DNA of 50,048 nucleotides from a virus (lineage: Duplodnaviria > Caudoviricetes): IMG/VR virus record IMGVR_UViG_3300027917_000005, positions 1-50,048 of that record, one strand, 5' to 3'. Numbering within the stretch: position 1 is the stretch's first letter; every line of letters starts with the position of its first letter. This document shows, in pieces, positions 8,601 through 17,591 of the stretch. Both the position numbers and the translations under genes were made by a program. The notes below the pieces were generated by a model. That model made no database searches. It was given only the letters and a program-made list of their open reading frames with translations, and had not been told where the DNA came from.

Positions 8601-10774
8601 ATGGACTCACTTCTACTGATAGAGTATATCTTGGATATTATAACAATGCTGCTGGGACTGAGATTACCAATTTTGTTCATACTCTTAGTGCTGGACAGGC
8701 TTACTGGATAAGATTTAGGGTAGAAGGAGATCAGTTAAAAGTAAAGATCTGGGATAAGGGTGATCCTGAACCTGGGTCTTGGAACCTTGAAGAGACTGAT
8801 GGAACACTTACTTCTGGAGGCTGGGTTGCTGCTGGAAAGTGGGGAGCATCATCTGAAATCTCTTTCTTTAGTGTTGCTACTCGTGGTGCAACAGCTAGAA
8901 TGTTCCCTCTTCCAGATGTATATGAGTCAGTTACTGTAACAGATGTAGTTGATAATATAGTTATAGCTGACGCTCCCTTTGATAATATCAGCGTCTTTGA
9001 TTTAACAACTGTAACTGAGGATGTTACAGTCAGTTTACCAGACCCGCTTACTGTCAGTGTATTCGATCTAACAACTGTAGAGGATGCGCCAGTAATTGAG
9101 GTAGGTGCTTATGTTGTTAACGTCTATGACGAGGTCACTGTTGCGGATGAGGAAACGGTTTCTATATCTGCCCCTGCAGATTTTGAGATAAGTGTCTTTG
9201 ACACAGTTACAGTTGAGGAGAATGTCTCCTGTTGTAAGTATGATATATACTGGACAGACTTCACTGAGTACACAATTGGTCAGCAGCCTAGTGATTGGAC
9301 TGAACAATGGGATGTTGATAAGGCGACTTCATTAGTCACAGCAGGAGGGGAATTTGGAGGGAAGTTTGTCAGGATAGATCACACAGAGACATTTCCATCA
9401 GGTAGTAGGTATGCTCTTAGCTGGGATGACCCAGGTACTCCTACAGATGGAGAGATACTAGCCTTAGTAAGATCATCTACCCCTCATAATCATTGCTCTC
9501 TTGTGCTAAGAGGTAGTGGAGGGCTCAATACTGAGAATGGATATCAGGCAGACCTTAATTTCTGGGATGAAGAGATTAGAATCCTGAGGTGGCTGAATGG
9601 TGGTTATAGTGGGCTTATAGCTGCAACATCTAAGACCTTAGACCTAGACACTTGGTATTGGGTCAGGTTCCAAGTGAGAGGAACAGCTCTGAAGATGAAG
9701 GTATGGGAGTATCAAACAAGTGAACCAGAGTCCTGGGACCTTTCTACTTCAGACTTACAACTTGCAAGTGGTTGGGTTGGTATATTCTCTAGTTATGATG
9801 ATGCTCGAGATTTTGATTACTTTGCCTATGTCCCAGGAACTTGTGCTTCTGTTCCAGTTCCAATAGATATAGAGCTTTCTCCGTTAATCTATGAGACTGT
9901 TACTGTACTAGAAACAGTGACTGTTCGTCTTCCTGACTCTCTAGAGATTAGTGTAGAAGAGACTGCAGTTGCTGTTACTGATGTACCATCAGTTGGGTTT
10001 GGCAACTTCATAAGTGTCTTTGACACTGTGACAGTTGAGGATGCACCGACTGTTATTGTGCATCCAGCAGTAAGCGTGTTTGACACTGTTACTGTTACCG
10101 AGACAGTAACTGCATCATTACCAGACGATCTAGAAATATCTGTAATTGATGAGTCGACAATTCTTGAGTGGGTTCATGTTACAGTTGGTGTTCCTTCTTA
10201 CCTCCTAATTCAGAAGGATGAAAATGTAGTTGTACAGGAATATGTAGCTGTAGCGCTGTCTGACCTTGAATCATCTGTATACGATGAAGCTACAGTAACT
10301 GAACAAGTAGCTGCAGAGCTTCCAGATGCTCTAGTTGTATCAGTATTTGATCTAATAGTATTGACTGAAGATGTTGAGGTTGCCCCTGAGCTCAAGCTAA
10401 GTGTGTATGACTCAACCTCAGTTCTTGAGTCAGTCTCTATAGAGATCCCTTTTGTGACAGTCAATGTGTTTGACTCTGTTACTGTTACAGAAGATGCCAC
10501 TGTAGCTGTTCTAGTTCCAGAGTTTCTTGAGGTAGTTGTCTTTGATGTTGTGACAATTACTGAGAGCACAGCTGGGATTGTCAGTGCTGTAATTCTAAGC
10601 ACATTTGATACTATAACAGTAACTGAGAGTGTTTCCCTGTACTGGCTAATTGCTGCTGGTATTGCAAGGCTTGACTTCTCAGAAAGAAGTCCATCTATTG
10701 ACTGGATGGCAAGGGAGCCACATATTCACTACAATGAGCGAGCACCAAGAGTAGACTATGAGGCAAGAATATAG
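5648..10774 (+). CDS. Giant repeat-rich fibre/adhesin with four lectin-like beta-sandwich domains
   Basis: Dozens of ~22-25 aa repeats (L-x-I-S-V-F/Y-D/E-x3-V-x-D/E) interrupted by four homologous ~200-aa domains (F-x-EY...YWxRF...EPxxW). Confidence 0.8.
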   Translation: MGTYYLNTLGTDGTYNAHVSADLSTPAKHASSPDLTDWAKGNKIWIGIKLSCNNCTKNPIAETLYLEVRKDGGSWLSLALSDLAPPGSGQMQYTDMTPPNSAWWTANDTGLCGTNKADGGATDTGDSVVIDVTTDEKAEAWWAIDFAGAADSSLYEFGFYDASGNHGSAGSPTVLDVSVTMAEGAVDRNINIDDEEATIVVTDVPSVALPDALEISVQEPLITVADEETVRVHSDISVFETAITVQEDVTVSLPDPLEITVQEALISVLEDATVELPDSLEASVFDSAGVTSVLDDILVYQENLEINISEPLITTTDVPTAELPDDLVIAIAEGLITVTDVPTARLPDDLEVSIAEAAITVADIVDDIVVEAAEEEALSIDVYDEVTVTDTVDHIGLSGKWWTTFSEYSLGVPGDWTERWNLDGANSEIVASTDKMSDKELLVDLVGGDDTGISWDAVGNPRNVELLILFRMINNNSHCTTIRGSGDEGSENCYYVYGSASMNQLYLRKKVAGVDGGLDSTAKSQSVGGVYWLRFQALGNQIKARMWGWSAAEPDTWDLESTNSEVTEGWVGVHERGTGDAGALFFSVGTYGESPIEHPLIFESDTTTVTDVVDNIEVVEVAEDYSINVYDEVTVTDVVYCLDVEYHYWTDFSEYSLGVKPSGWTIDVGGTYDVTAGVKTLGGKYVDNDGTLTPGILYPNNAPEVVDAEILVLVNVDNAGSVFQGLVAIRWQVVGNKGYGLIRVITDSVAMYYLDGSAAPDLINQGNQNMNTTAQYWVRFRLEGSTLKSKVWLKGSTEPGSWGTTDTDSTITTKGRCGLCGYSERSEIDYFSIATAGGTAKFPPFMSVYDETTVTEDVTTEVLDAGLSIDVFDSVTVTDVVDDIGASEFFYTSFEEYSLGTPPDWTERWHVDMATPSIQSGGLLMGQMLRLTHDASQRYELSWDAPGTPVDAEVLYLCEPQGDDSMRLLLRGSGDDTSETGYYVYGLTSTDRVYLGYYNNAAGTEITNFVHTLSAGQAYWIRFRVEGDQLKVKIWDKGDPEPGSWNLEETDGTLTSGGWVAAGKWGASSEISFFSVATRGATARMFPLPDVYESVTVTDVVDNIVIADAPFDNISVFDLTTVTEDVTVSLPDPLTVSVFDLTTVEDAPVIEVGAYVVNVYDEVTVADEETVSISAPADFEISVFDTVTVEENVSCCKYDIYWTDFTEYTIGQQPSDWTEQWDVDKATSLVTAGGEFGGKFVRIDHTETFPSGSRYALSWDDPGTPTDGEILALVRSSTPHNHCSLVLRGSGGLNTENGYQADLNFWDEEIRILRWLNGGYSGLIAATSKTLDLDTWYWVRFQVRGTALKMKVWEYQTSEPESWDLSTSDLQLASGWVGIFSSYDDARDFDYFAYVPGTCASVPVPIDIELSPLIYETVTVLETVTVRLPDSLEISVEETAVAVTDVPSVGFGNFISVFDTVTVEDAPTVIVHPAVSVFDTVTVTETVTASLPDDLEISVIDESTILEWVHVTVGVPSYLLIQKDENVVVQEYVAVALSDLESSVYDEATVTEQVAAELPDALVVSVFDLIVLTEDVEVAPELKLSVYDSTSVLESVSIEIPFVTVNVFDSVTVTEDATVAVLVPEFLEVVVFDVVTITESTAGIVSAVILSTFDTITVTESVSLYWLIAAGIARLDFSERSPSIDWMAREPHIHYNERAPRVDYEARI

Positions 10775-10783
10775 GAGGCATCT

Positions 10784-11203
10784 ATGCCTAGACCAGAGAT
10801 TCTGGAGACTATTGCTGAGGAACAGGGGACTTATATCATAAATCTTTCTTTTCTGGATGAAGATGATCTCCCAGTGACTCCTACCAGTATTAAGTGGACA
10901 TTGACTACTGTTGGAGGAGAAGTGGTTAATAGCAGAAGTGATGTCAGTATTGCTATTCCTGCCTCCTCTGTTGATGTAGTCTTATCTGGATCAGACCTGC
11001 AGTTATTGAGTCATAAGGAGAGCTTCTCCTGGAGAATATTTACAGTTAAAGCTGTCTATAACTCTAGCCTTGGGAATGGTCTTCCTCTTAATGGGGCTGT
11101 TAAGTTTAGGATTAGGAATCTGAGACTGATTGCTCATACTCTTGAAGTAGATGTTTACGAAGGATTGTTTACTGGCGACTTTGTACAGGTATCTTTATCA
11201 TGA
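10784..11203 (+). CDS. Beta-rich putative structural/adaptor protein
   Basis: AGGAGG RBS; Ig-like strand pattern; ends in one fibre-type repeat. Confidence 0.55.
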   Translation: MPRPEILETIAEEQGTYIINLSFLDEDDLPVTPTSIKWTLTTVGGEVVNSRSDVSIAIPASSVDVVLSGSDLQLLSHKESFSWRIFTVKAVYNSSLGNGLPLNGAVKFRIRNLRLIAHTLEVDVYEGLFTGDFVQVSLS

Positions 11204-12672
11204 GTCTTCCTCCTATAATAAGAGATAAGTTAAGAGCTTGGAGAGATCATCCTCTTCTATTTGTCAATGACTGTATTGAGGTTACTCCAACTACGCAACA
11301 AGCGGAGCTACTTAGAGCAGTTCCTAAGCAGAGGAGAATCTCTGTCAGAAGTGGTCATGGTACAGGAAAGGATGCTTGTGCTTCATGGATCATTCTCTGG
11401 TTCATGACAACTAGACCATACCCAAGGGTCATATGTACTGCACCAACTAACAGGCAGCTGGCAGATATCCTGTGGAGTGAGCTGTCAAAGTGGTTAAGGA
11501 GATCCATTTTAAAGGATGAATTTGTACTTCAGAAAGACAAGATGTTCCATAAAGATGCTCCAAAGGAATGGTGGTGCAGAGCAGTCTCTCCATCAGTCAA
11601 AGCATCTAAAGAGGAGCAGGCTGAGACCTTAGCTGGCTTCCATGCTGATCATATGCTGATAGTAGCAGACGAAGCCTCTGGTATTCCAGATCCTGTCTAT
11701 ATCCCACTTGAAGGAGCAATGACTCAGGAGGATAATAAAGTCTTACTAATAGGCAACATGACTAGGAACTCTGGGTACTTCTATGATACTCACTTCCACG
11801 CTGATCTGAAACAGCCGTGGACTAGGTTGCACTGGGATTCCAGACAAAGCACTAATGTAGAACCAGGGTATCCTGAGTACATGTCTACTAAGTATGGTGA
11901 GGACTCCAGTGTCTTCAGAATACGTGTTGCTGGTGAACCACCACTTGAGGATGAAAGGACACTGATACCCCTCGCCTGGGCAATACAATGTATAGGGGGT
12001 GAACAGCAGGCAGCAGAAGACGAGCCACTATATCTTGGCGTTGATGTTGCTAGATATGGGGAAGACAAATCAATAATCTTGCCTAGGCGAGGGCTTCAGA
12101 TTTTCCCCTGGCAGAGCTTTCAGGGCATGAACACAATAACTCTTGGTGGTCACGTTATGCAGACATTTGCTGAGTTAGAGGCAGATGGTGTTGCTACTGA
12201 CGTAATTGGTGTTGGAGCTGGTGTTACTGACTGGTTACAGAAGCGTCCTGGAGGACACAGAATAGTTCATGGAGTAAATGTCTCCTCATCCTCCAGTGAC
12301 ATTACCAGATACCATCGTCTGCGTGATGAGCTTTGGGTAGGGATGAGAGATAAATGTATGCAGGCTCAATACTGTTTCCCTGATGCGACAAGGGAGGAAA
12401 GGGAGATGTCTAATGAGCTCTGTAATGAGCTAGCTTCTCTCACCTATGACTTTAATAATCATGGAGGTATTCAGGTGGAGAGTAAGAGGCAAGCTAAGCT
12501 TCGTGGAATTGCCTCCCCTAACATTGCAGATGCCCTTGCTCTAACTGAATACTTTCATACATTTGCATATAAGGTCTGGATGAAACCAAGTGCTGCTCAG
12601 GACAAAAGCAGATGGAAGACAACAGCATCACAGGAGGCTGCTGGTGGTCGTCACACCTGGCAGGTTCATTAA
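11200..12672 (+). CDS. terL: Terminase large subunit
   Basis: Walker A SGHGTGKD, Walker B LIVADEA, LIGN coupling motif, nuclease LGVDVARYGED and SPNIADAL. Confidence 0.95.
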   Translation: MSLPPIIRDKLRAWRDHPLLFVNDCIEVTPTTQQAELLRAVPKQRRISVRSGHGTGKDACASWIILWFMTTRPYPRVICTAPTNRQLADILWSELSKWLRRSILKDEFVLQKDKMFHKDAPKEWWCRAVSPSVKASKEEQAETLAGFHADHMLIVADEASGIPDPVYIPLEGAMTQEDNKVLLIGNMTRNSGYFYDTHFHADLKQPWTRLHWDSRQSTNVEPGYPEYMSTKYGEDSSVFRIRVAGEPPLEDERTLIPLAWAIQCIGGEQQAAEDEPLYLGVDVARYGEDKSIILPRRGLQIFPWQSFQGMNTITLGGHVMQTFAELEADGVATDVIGVGAGVTDWLQKRPGGHRIVHGVNVSSSSSDITRYHRLRDELWVGMRDKCMQAQYCFPDATREEREMSNELCNELASLTYDFNNHGGIQVESKRQAKLRGIASPNIADALALTEYFHTFAYKVWMKPSAAQDKSRWKTTASQEAAGGRHTWQVH

Positions 12673-12676
12673 GACA

Positions 12677-12697
12677 AAACGTCAATAATTGACGTTT
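12677..12697. repeat. Dispersed palindromic site, copy 3 of 9
   Basis: AAACGTCAA-TAA-TTGACGTTT. Confidence 0.92.
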
Positions 12698-12713
12698 CTT
12701 AGGAGAAGTAAGT

Positions 12714-14576
12714 ATGCCTAGTGCACAGAGAATGCCATTTAAAGAGGCAGAGGCCAGAGCTGAGAGTGAAGAACTTACTAAGCTTCTCGATTGGCTACGA
12801 GATGCTGAGTCCTGTACTCCTGAAACCCTCTGGAGAAGGGAGGCAATGGAGGACTACAGGTTCTATGCTGGTGATCAGGATACACCGGAGATAAAAGCTC
12901 TACTCGAAGGACAGAAAAGGCCTGCTACAGTATATAATGAGGTTAAGCCTAAGATAGATATGCTGATAGGTTTAGCTGCTCAGAGCAGGTATGAGCCAAC
13001 TGTCTTCCCTGTTGGGGTGGAGGATGAGCCTCTGACAGAGGTAATTAATGGAGCACTGAAGCACTATGCTAAGAAGATAAAGTTCACACGGGCAGAGACT
13101 GAGTGTTTTGAACATACTGTTAAGAGTGGAAGGAGTTTGTTATACTTCTGGATTGACAGGTCTAATCCTTTTAAGCCTCAGATCAAGTGCAAGAGGATTC
13201 CTGGATTTAACTTCTGGGTGGACCCTGATTCTACTGAATATGATATGAGTGATGCTAGGTTTCTTTTCATTGATAAGTGGCTTACTGAAGAAGAGATTAA
13301 GGTATTCTGGCCTAATATAGATGTGTCAGCTATTAAGGGATACCATGACTCAACTGCTGCAGGTCCAGCATTCTTCAATGAGGCTAAGGATAAGTACAGG
13401 ATTGTAGAAGCTTGGTACAGGAAGTGGGTTAAGGTAAGATGGTTTGTGAATCCACTTACTGGTGAGTCTGAAGGTCTTAGTGTCAAGGAGTTTAAGGAGT
13501 TGGAGAAGGCTTTAGCAGCTGGGATTCCCAATCCTCAGAATCCTCAAGAAACGATTACTCCTTCCATTGATAGGTATCTTGATACCTTTCAGGAGAGGAT
13601 TCACTACAGATTATTTACAGGACATATAGATCTGGAAGGAGATGTTACTCCATATGGAGGATATCTGGAAAAGAGCTTTCCAGCTGTTCTCTTTGGCGCA
13701 TATAAGGATGATGATAACAACAGATGGATGAGTGTCATCCAAGCGATGAAAGACCCTCAGCGGGCAGTAAATACTATGAGAAGGCAGCTGAGCCACTTGT
13801 TGCAGACCTTGCCTAAAGGCTTACTGGTTCATGAGGTAAATGCCATTCTTAATGTAGAGGAGTATGAAGAGAAATCTGCTGATCCAACATTTCACTTAGA
13901 GGTAGCAGCAGGAGCTATTGATAAGGTTAAGTTTGAGAAGCAGCCAAGTATTAGTCCCATTTATCAGACATTTGATGCTACTGCAAGTCAGGGAATGAAG
14001 ACAGCATCAGGCATTGAAGACGAGATGATGGGGATTCAGAAGACTTCTAGAGAGCCTGGAGTAACAGTCAGGATGCGTCAGGAGCAGGGTATGGCGGTAC
14101 TCTATCTGCTGTTTAATAACTTCAGGGACAGCAGGATTGAGGCCTCTAAGAAGTTACTTTCTCTTATTCAGCAATACATGACTGAGGCTGAGCTCATCAG
14201 GATTGAAGGTCCTGGAGGTGCTCAAATGATTGCTGTTAACACCCAGATGAATCCGCAGTCTAAGGGATTCAATGACTTAACTGCAGGAGAGTTTGATCTG
14301 GAAATGGATGAGAACCTGGAGAATGCGACAATGAGAATGGCAATAGCTCAGATTCTGACTGAGTTCAGCCATAACAATCCAGGATCAATTCCACCAGACA
14401 TTGTGCTTGAATACTCAAGCGTCCCGTATTCAGCTAAGACTAGAATCAAGCAGTTCTGGGAAGAGCAAAGAGCTCAGGAACAGGCTAACCTTGAGGCTGA
14501 TAGGGAAATCGAGATGATGAAAGCACAAGCGGCATTAATCAAGGCTAAACAGCCAACAGGTAAGCAAGGAGATTGA
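12714..14576 (+). CDS. Portal protein (P22-like)
   Basis: 620 aa after TerL; FYAGDQ, RP-x-x-V-x-N, DPDS...DARF, MKDPQ...N motifs. Confidence 0.88.
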   Translation: MPSAQRMPFKEAEARAESEELTKLLDWLRDAESCTPETLWRREAMEDYRFYAGDQDTPEIKALLEGQKRPATVYNEVKPKIDMLIGLAAQSRYEPTVFPVGVEDEPLTEVINGALKHYAKKIKFTRAETECFEHTVKSGRSLLYFWIDRSNPFKPQIKCKRIPGFNFWVDPDSTEYDMSDARFLFIDKWLTEEEIKVFWPNIDVSAIKGYHDSTAAGPAFFNEAKDKYRIVEAWYRKWVKVRWFVNPLTGESEGLSVKEFKELEKALAAGIPNPQNPQETITPSIDRYLDTFQERIHYRLFTGHIDLEGDVTPYGGYLEKSFPAVLFGAYKDDDNNRWMSVIQAMKDPQRAVNTMRRQLSHLLQTLPKGLLVHEVNAILNVEEYEEKSADPTFHLEVAAGAIDKVKFEKQPSISPIYQTFDATASQGMKTASGIEDEMMGIQKTSREPGVTVRMRQEQGMAVLYLLFNNFRDSRIEASKKLLSLIQQYMTEAELIRIEGPGGAQMIAVNTQMNPQSKGFNDLTAGEFDLEMDENLENATMRMAIAQILTEFSHNNPGSIPPDIVLEYSSVPYSAKTRIKQFWEEQRAQEQANLEADREIEMMKAQAALIKAKQPTGKQGD

Positions 14577-14578
14577 TT

Positions 14579-15499
14579 ATGGCTACAGCACCCGAGATAG
14601 AAGCGCTAGAGGCTGAAGAGACTGAAGAAGAAAAGACAATGGATGAACTTAAGTCAGCGCTAGAGGCTTCAAGGACAGGAGACAGGGCCAATGAGCCAGA
14701 GGTTGACGGGGCAGGAAAAGAAACATCTACAGAGGTGGTTGAAGGAGAACCAGGAGAAGATACTGACAAAGAAGTCACTGAGGGAATTGAAGAGGTTCCG
14801 GAGAAGGATGAAGTTAAGGAGCCTGCTCCAGATGATTCGAGGGAGAACAGAGAGTTAAGACAGATTCTGCGAGAGCAGAAAAGAGAGTTAGCTTTAATGA
14901 AGGCAAAGCTCGCCCGGATGGAGAAGGGTGTAGCTGATATTCAGGACGAGGATGATAAGGCTGCAGTAGAGTTATCTAAAATCGAAGCTCTTGAAACTCA
15001 GATAGCTGCTATTGGGCAACAGAAAGGTCCTATCTTTGACACACTGATCGAAGCAATGGAGGCGAATCCTAAGTATGAAGACATTCGTGAGGTTTGCTCC
15101 CGCGAGCACTTTGACGATATCTTTGAGGAATTAGCTAGAGTTATTTCTCAGAAGGAGGGTCGTGACCCTACAGAAGTGGCGTTGGAGATAGAAGCAGAAG
15201 TCTGGCTAATGGGCAATCCTTATAAATTTATGTATGGAATTATCAAGGATAATCATCCAAGATACGCCAGTACGAATAAGGAGAAGGAAGTAGCCACTCC
15301 AGATAAGGTGAAAGAGCCTGAGAAGAAGCCAGTAAAGGAACCTCCAAAAGCTCCGACCAGTATTGCTAGTGTGGGAGGCAGTGATGCAGATTCTAAAAGT
15401 GGGTGGACTGCAAAGAGAATTGATGAACTCCCAGAACAAGAACTTAGCAAAGTTCCTGAGGAGGTATATCAGAAATATCTCCGAGGAGAACTTGACTGA
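14579..15499 (+). CDS. Capsid scaffolding protein
   Basis: Acidic coiled-coil protein between portal and capsid. Confidence 0.7.
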   Translation: MATAPEIEALEAEETEEEKTMDELKSALEASRTGDRANEPEVDGAGKETSTEVVEGEPGEDTDKEVTEGIEEVPEKDEVKEPAPDDSRENRELRQILREQKRELALMKAKLARMEKGVADIQDEDDKAAVELSKIEALETQIAAIGQQKGPIFDTLIEAMEANPKYEDIREVCSREHFDDIFEELARVISQKEGRDPTEVALEIEAEVWLMGNPYKFMYGIIKDNHPRYASTNKEKEVATPDKVKEPEKKPVKEPPKAPTSIASVGGSDADSKSGWTAKRIDELPEQELSKVPEEVYQKYLRGELD

Positions 15500-15511
15500 A
15501 AGGAGTAGTAA

Positions 15512-16555
15512 ATGACTGCACCAAAGACTCTTTTTGTTACATCTAACAATTTGACCAGGAAACGCTGGGCGAGAGATCTGTTTAAGATAATTCTCCCAGC
15601 AGTCGAGTTCAATGATCTGACTGGCACTGGATCTGATTCCATTGTCCAGCTGAGGACAGAACTTGGCAAGGGTCAGGGTGATCAGATTACCTTCGGTATT
15701 CGTCTGCCCCTCACAGGAGAAGGTGTAGTGGGCAATGATACCTTAGAAGGCAACGAGGAAGGCCTAGTCTTCAAGGACTTCAATGTGACCATTGAAGAGC
15801 TGAACCATGCTGTTGATACTGGTGGCAGGATGGAGCAGCAGAGGATTCCTTACAACCTTGTCATGGAAGGTAAGGATGGCCTTGCGGACTGGTGGGCTGA
15901 CCTACTGTCTGAGTATCTGATCAATACTCTGTGTGGCAACAGTGCTTATCGCATTGCAGGCAAAATATTTGCCCAAGCAATTGATGAGCCAGACACTCAG
16001 CACTTAGTGCCGGTGAATGATGTAGCTGAGGCATCTCAGACTTCTGCTGATGTCCTTGATCTTACTCATCTGGATAGGATGAAGCAGAAGGCAGAGCTGA
16101 TGAACAAGCAGGGGAGTAACTACTTCAAGATTCGTCCTCTCCGGCTGAAGGGCAAGAGCTATTACCGAGTGATCCTCCACAACTACGTCTTTGACAATCT
16201 GAGGCAGAATACCAACGTAGGCCAGTGGGGCGACCTGCTCAGGAGTGCTAACAAGCTGCAAGTTCCCAATGTGGAGATTGAGTACAATGGAATGCTGATC
16301 TCTAAGTCAGAGCGGATTCCATCTCCTACGACTAATGTCTACAGGAACATTCTACTGGGTGCTCAGTCAGCATGTTGGGCTTGGGGTGGTGCTGGTGAAT
16401 CTAAGTCGACCACAATGGCCTTTCATCCCTACACTCGTGATGCTGATAGGTTCCTTATGATCAGGGGTGGAGGAATCTTCGGGGTGACCAAGACTCGGTT
16501 CACCAGCATTGATTACGGAATCATTGTGGGTCCCAGCTACGCAACAGCTTTATAA
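15512..16555 (+). CDS. Major capsid protein (N4-gp56/DUF4043-like)
   Basis: ELGKGQGDQITF...LTGEGVVG...LEGNEE and LLGAQS motifs; size and position. Confidence 0.88.
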   Translation: MTAPKTLFVTSNNLTRKRWARDLFKIILPAVEFNDLTGTGSDSIVQLRTELGKGQGDQITFGIRLPLTGEGVVGNDTLEGNEEGLVFKDFNVTIEELNHAVDTGGRMEQQRIPYNLVMEGKDGLADWWADLLSEYLINTLCGNSAYRIAGKIFAQAIDEPDTQHLVPVNDVAEASQTSADVLDLTHLDRMKQKAELMNKQGSNYFKIRPLRLKGKSYYRVILHNYVFDNLRQNTNVGQWGDLLRSANKLQVPNVEIEYNGMLISKSERIPSPTTNVYRNILLGAQSACWAWGGAGESKSTTMAFHPYTRDADRFLMIRGGGIFGVTKTRFTSIDYGIIVGPSYATAL

Positions 16556-16570
16556 AGGAAGGAGGTACGC

Positions 16571-16981
16571 ATGACTGATTATTTCAGCAATATGGCAGCG
16601 GATAACCTCCGCTTCATGAGGAGCAGGCCTCTCCTGTCGCTGGCTAATGGGACCTATGACTTGTTCAGGATTCCAAAGTTTGCTTTCATTGATGAAATCT
16701 GGCTTTGGATTACAACAGCTTATGCTGGTGGTGCTACAGGTGTAGCTACCGTTGGCTTCAAAGGCAATGGAGAGACTGCAGACGCAGACGGATTTATGGA
16801 TTCTACTTATACTGACGCAGAGTCTACTGGTATGAAGAGAATGACTGGCGATGCTCAACCTGGTTCTCAAGGCAAGTGGTTCAATGATGCCAGTGGCATT
16901 GTCACCATAACTCTGTCTGCAGGAACTAACACGACCTTACTGATAGGTCATGTGTTTGTCAAGTACTACGTGCTTCACTAA
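16571..16981 (+). CDS. Putative capsid decoration protein
   Basis: Small Gly/Thr beta-rich protein directly after capsid gene. Confidence 0.5.
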   Translation: MTDYFSNMAADNLRFMRSRPLLSLANGTYDLFRIPKFAFIDEIWLWITTAYAGGATGVATVGFKGNGETADADGFMDSTYTDAESTGMKRMTGDAQPGSQGKWFNDASGIVTITLSAGTNTTLLIGHVFVKYYVLH

Positions 16982-17022
16982 CTATGATGCAGGGTGGAAT
17001 TCCCTGAGAAAGGAATTGAAGA

Positions 17023-17547
17023 ATGTCAACAACTGAAATGATTGATTACAGAAGAATGGATCAAAGACGCTACATCTACCAGCCTTATTGGATCAGCTCC
17101 AGTGAAGTCTGTGCTGTTGCATCTGATGATCTGGCTGCAGTACTGTTCTCCTTCCCAGCAGCAAAGTACGGAGACAGTCATATTATCGTTGAGAAGATTG
17201 GTTGTCAGGTAGTAACTGCTTTGGCTGGTGGTACCTGCACAGTGAATATTGGTACTTGTACAATTGCCACAGATGATGTTACTACTGGTGGGGATACTAC
17301 TGATGTAGACGCAGATGATTATGTTCCCACAGCAGATGTTACCGTTGGCACACCTGCAATGTACTTTGCTGCAACTGGTGACTGGATCACTGCGAAGCTG
17401 TTGATGACTGAACTGACTCCAGTTATCATTGTACCAGCAGATACTACAGTTCCCTGTATTGCTGCGTACATCGGAAGTGATGGTACAATTACTGCTGGTA
17501 TTGTCAGAGTTCATGCTCTGATTACTGAGGTACCACTGGCAGCATAG
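17023..17547 (+). CDS. Putative minor capsid/decoration protein
   Basis: Beta-rich Thr/Val protein; position. Confidence 0.5.
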   Translation: MSTTEMIDYRRMDQRRYIYQPYWISSSEVCAVASDDLAAVLFSFPAAKYGDSHIIVEKIGCQVVTALAGGTCTVNIGTCTIATDDVTTGGDTTDVDADDYVPTADVTVGTPAMYFAATGDWITAKLLMTELTPVIIVPADTTVPCIAAYIGSDGTITAGIVRVHALITEVPLAA

Positions 17548-17551
17548 TAAG

Positions 17552-17572
17552 AAACGTCAATAATTGACATTT
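17552..17572. repeat. Dispersed palindromic site, copy 4 of 9
   Basis: AAACGTCAA-TAA-TTGACATTT. Confidence 0.92.
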
Positions 17573-17591
17573 TGACTGGTGAGGGGTTCTT

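Noticed and set aside
6845-9860. Repeated lectin domains as DGR template/variable repeats
   Set aside because: Copies are strongly diverged, differences are not adenine-specific, and no reverse transcriptase is seen
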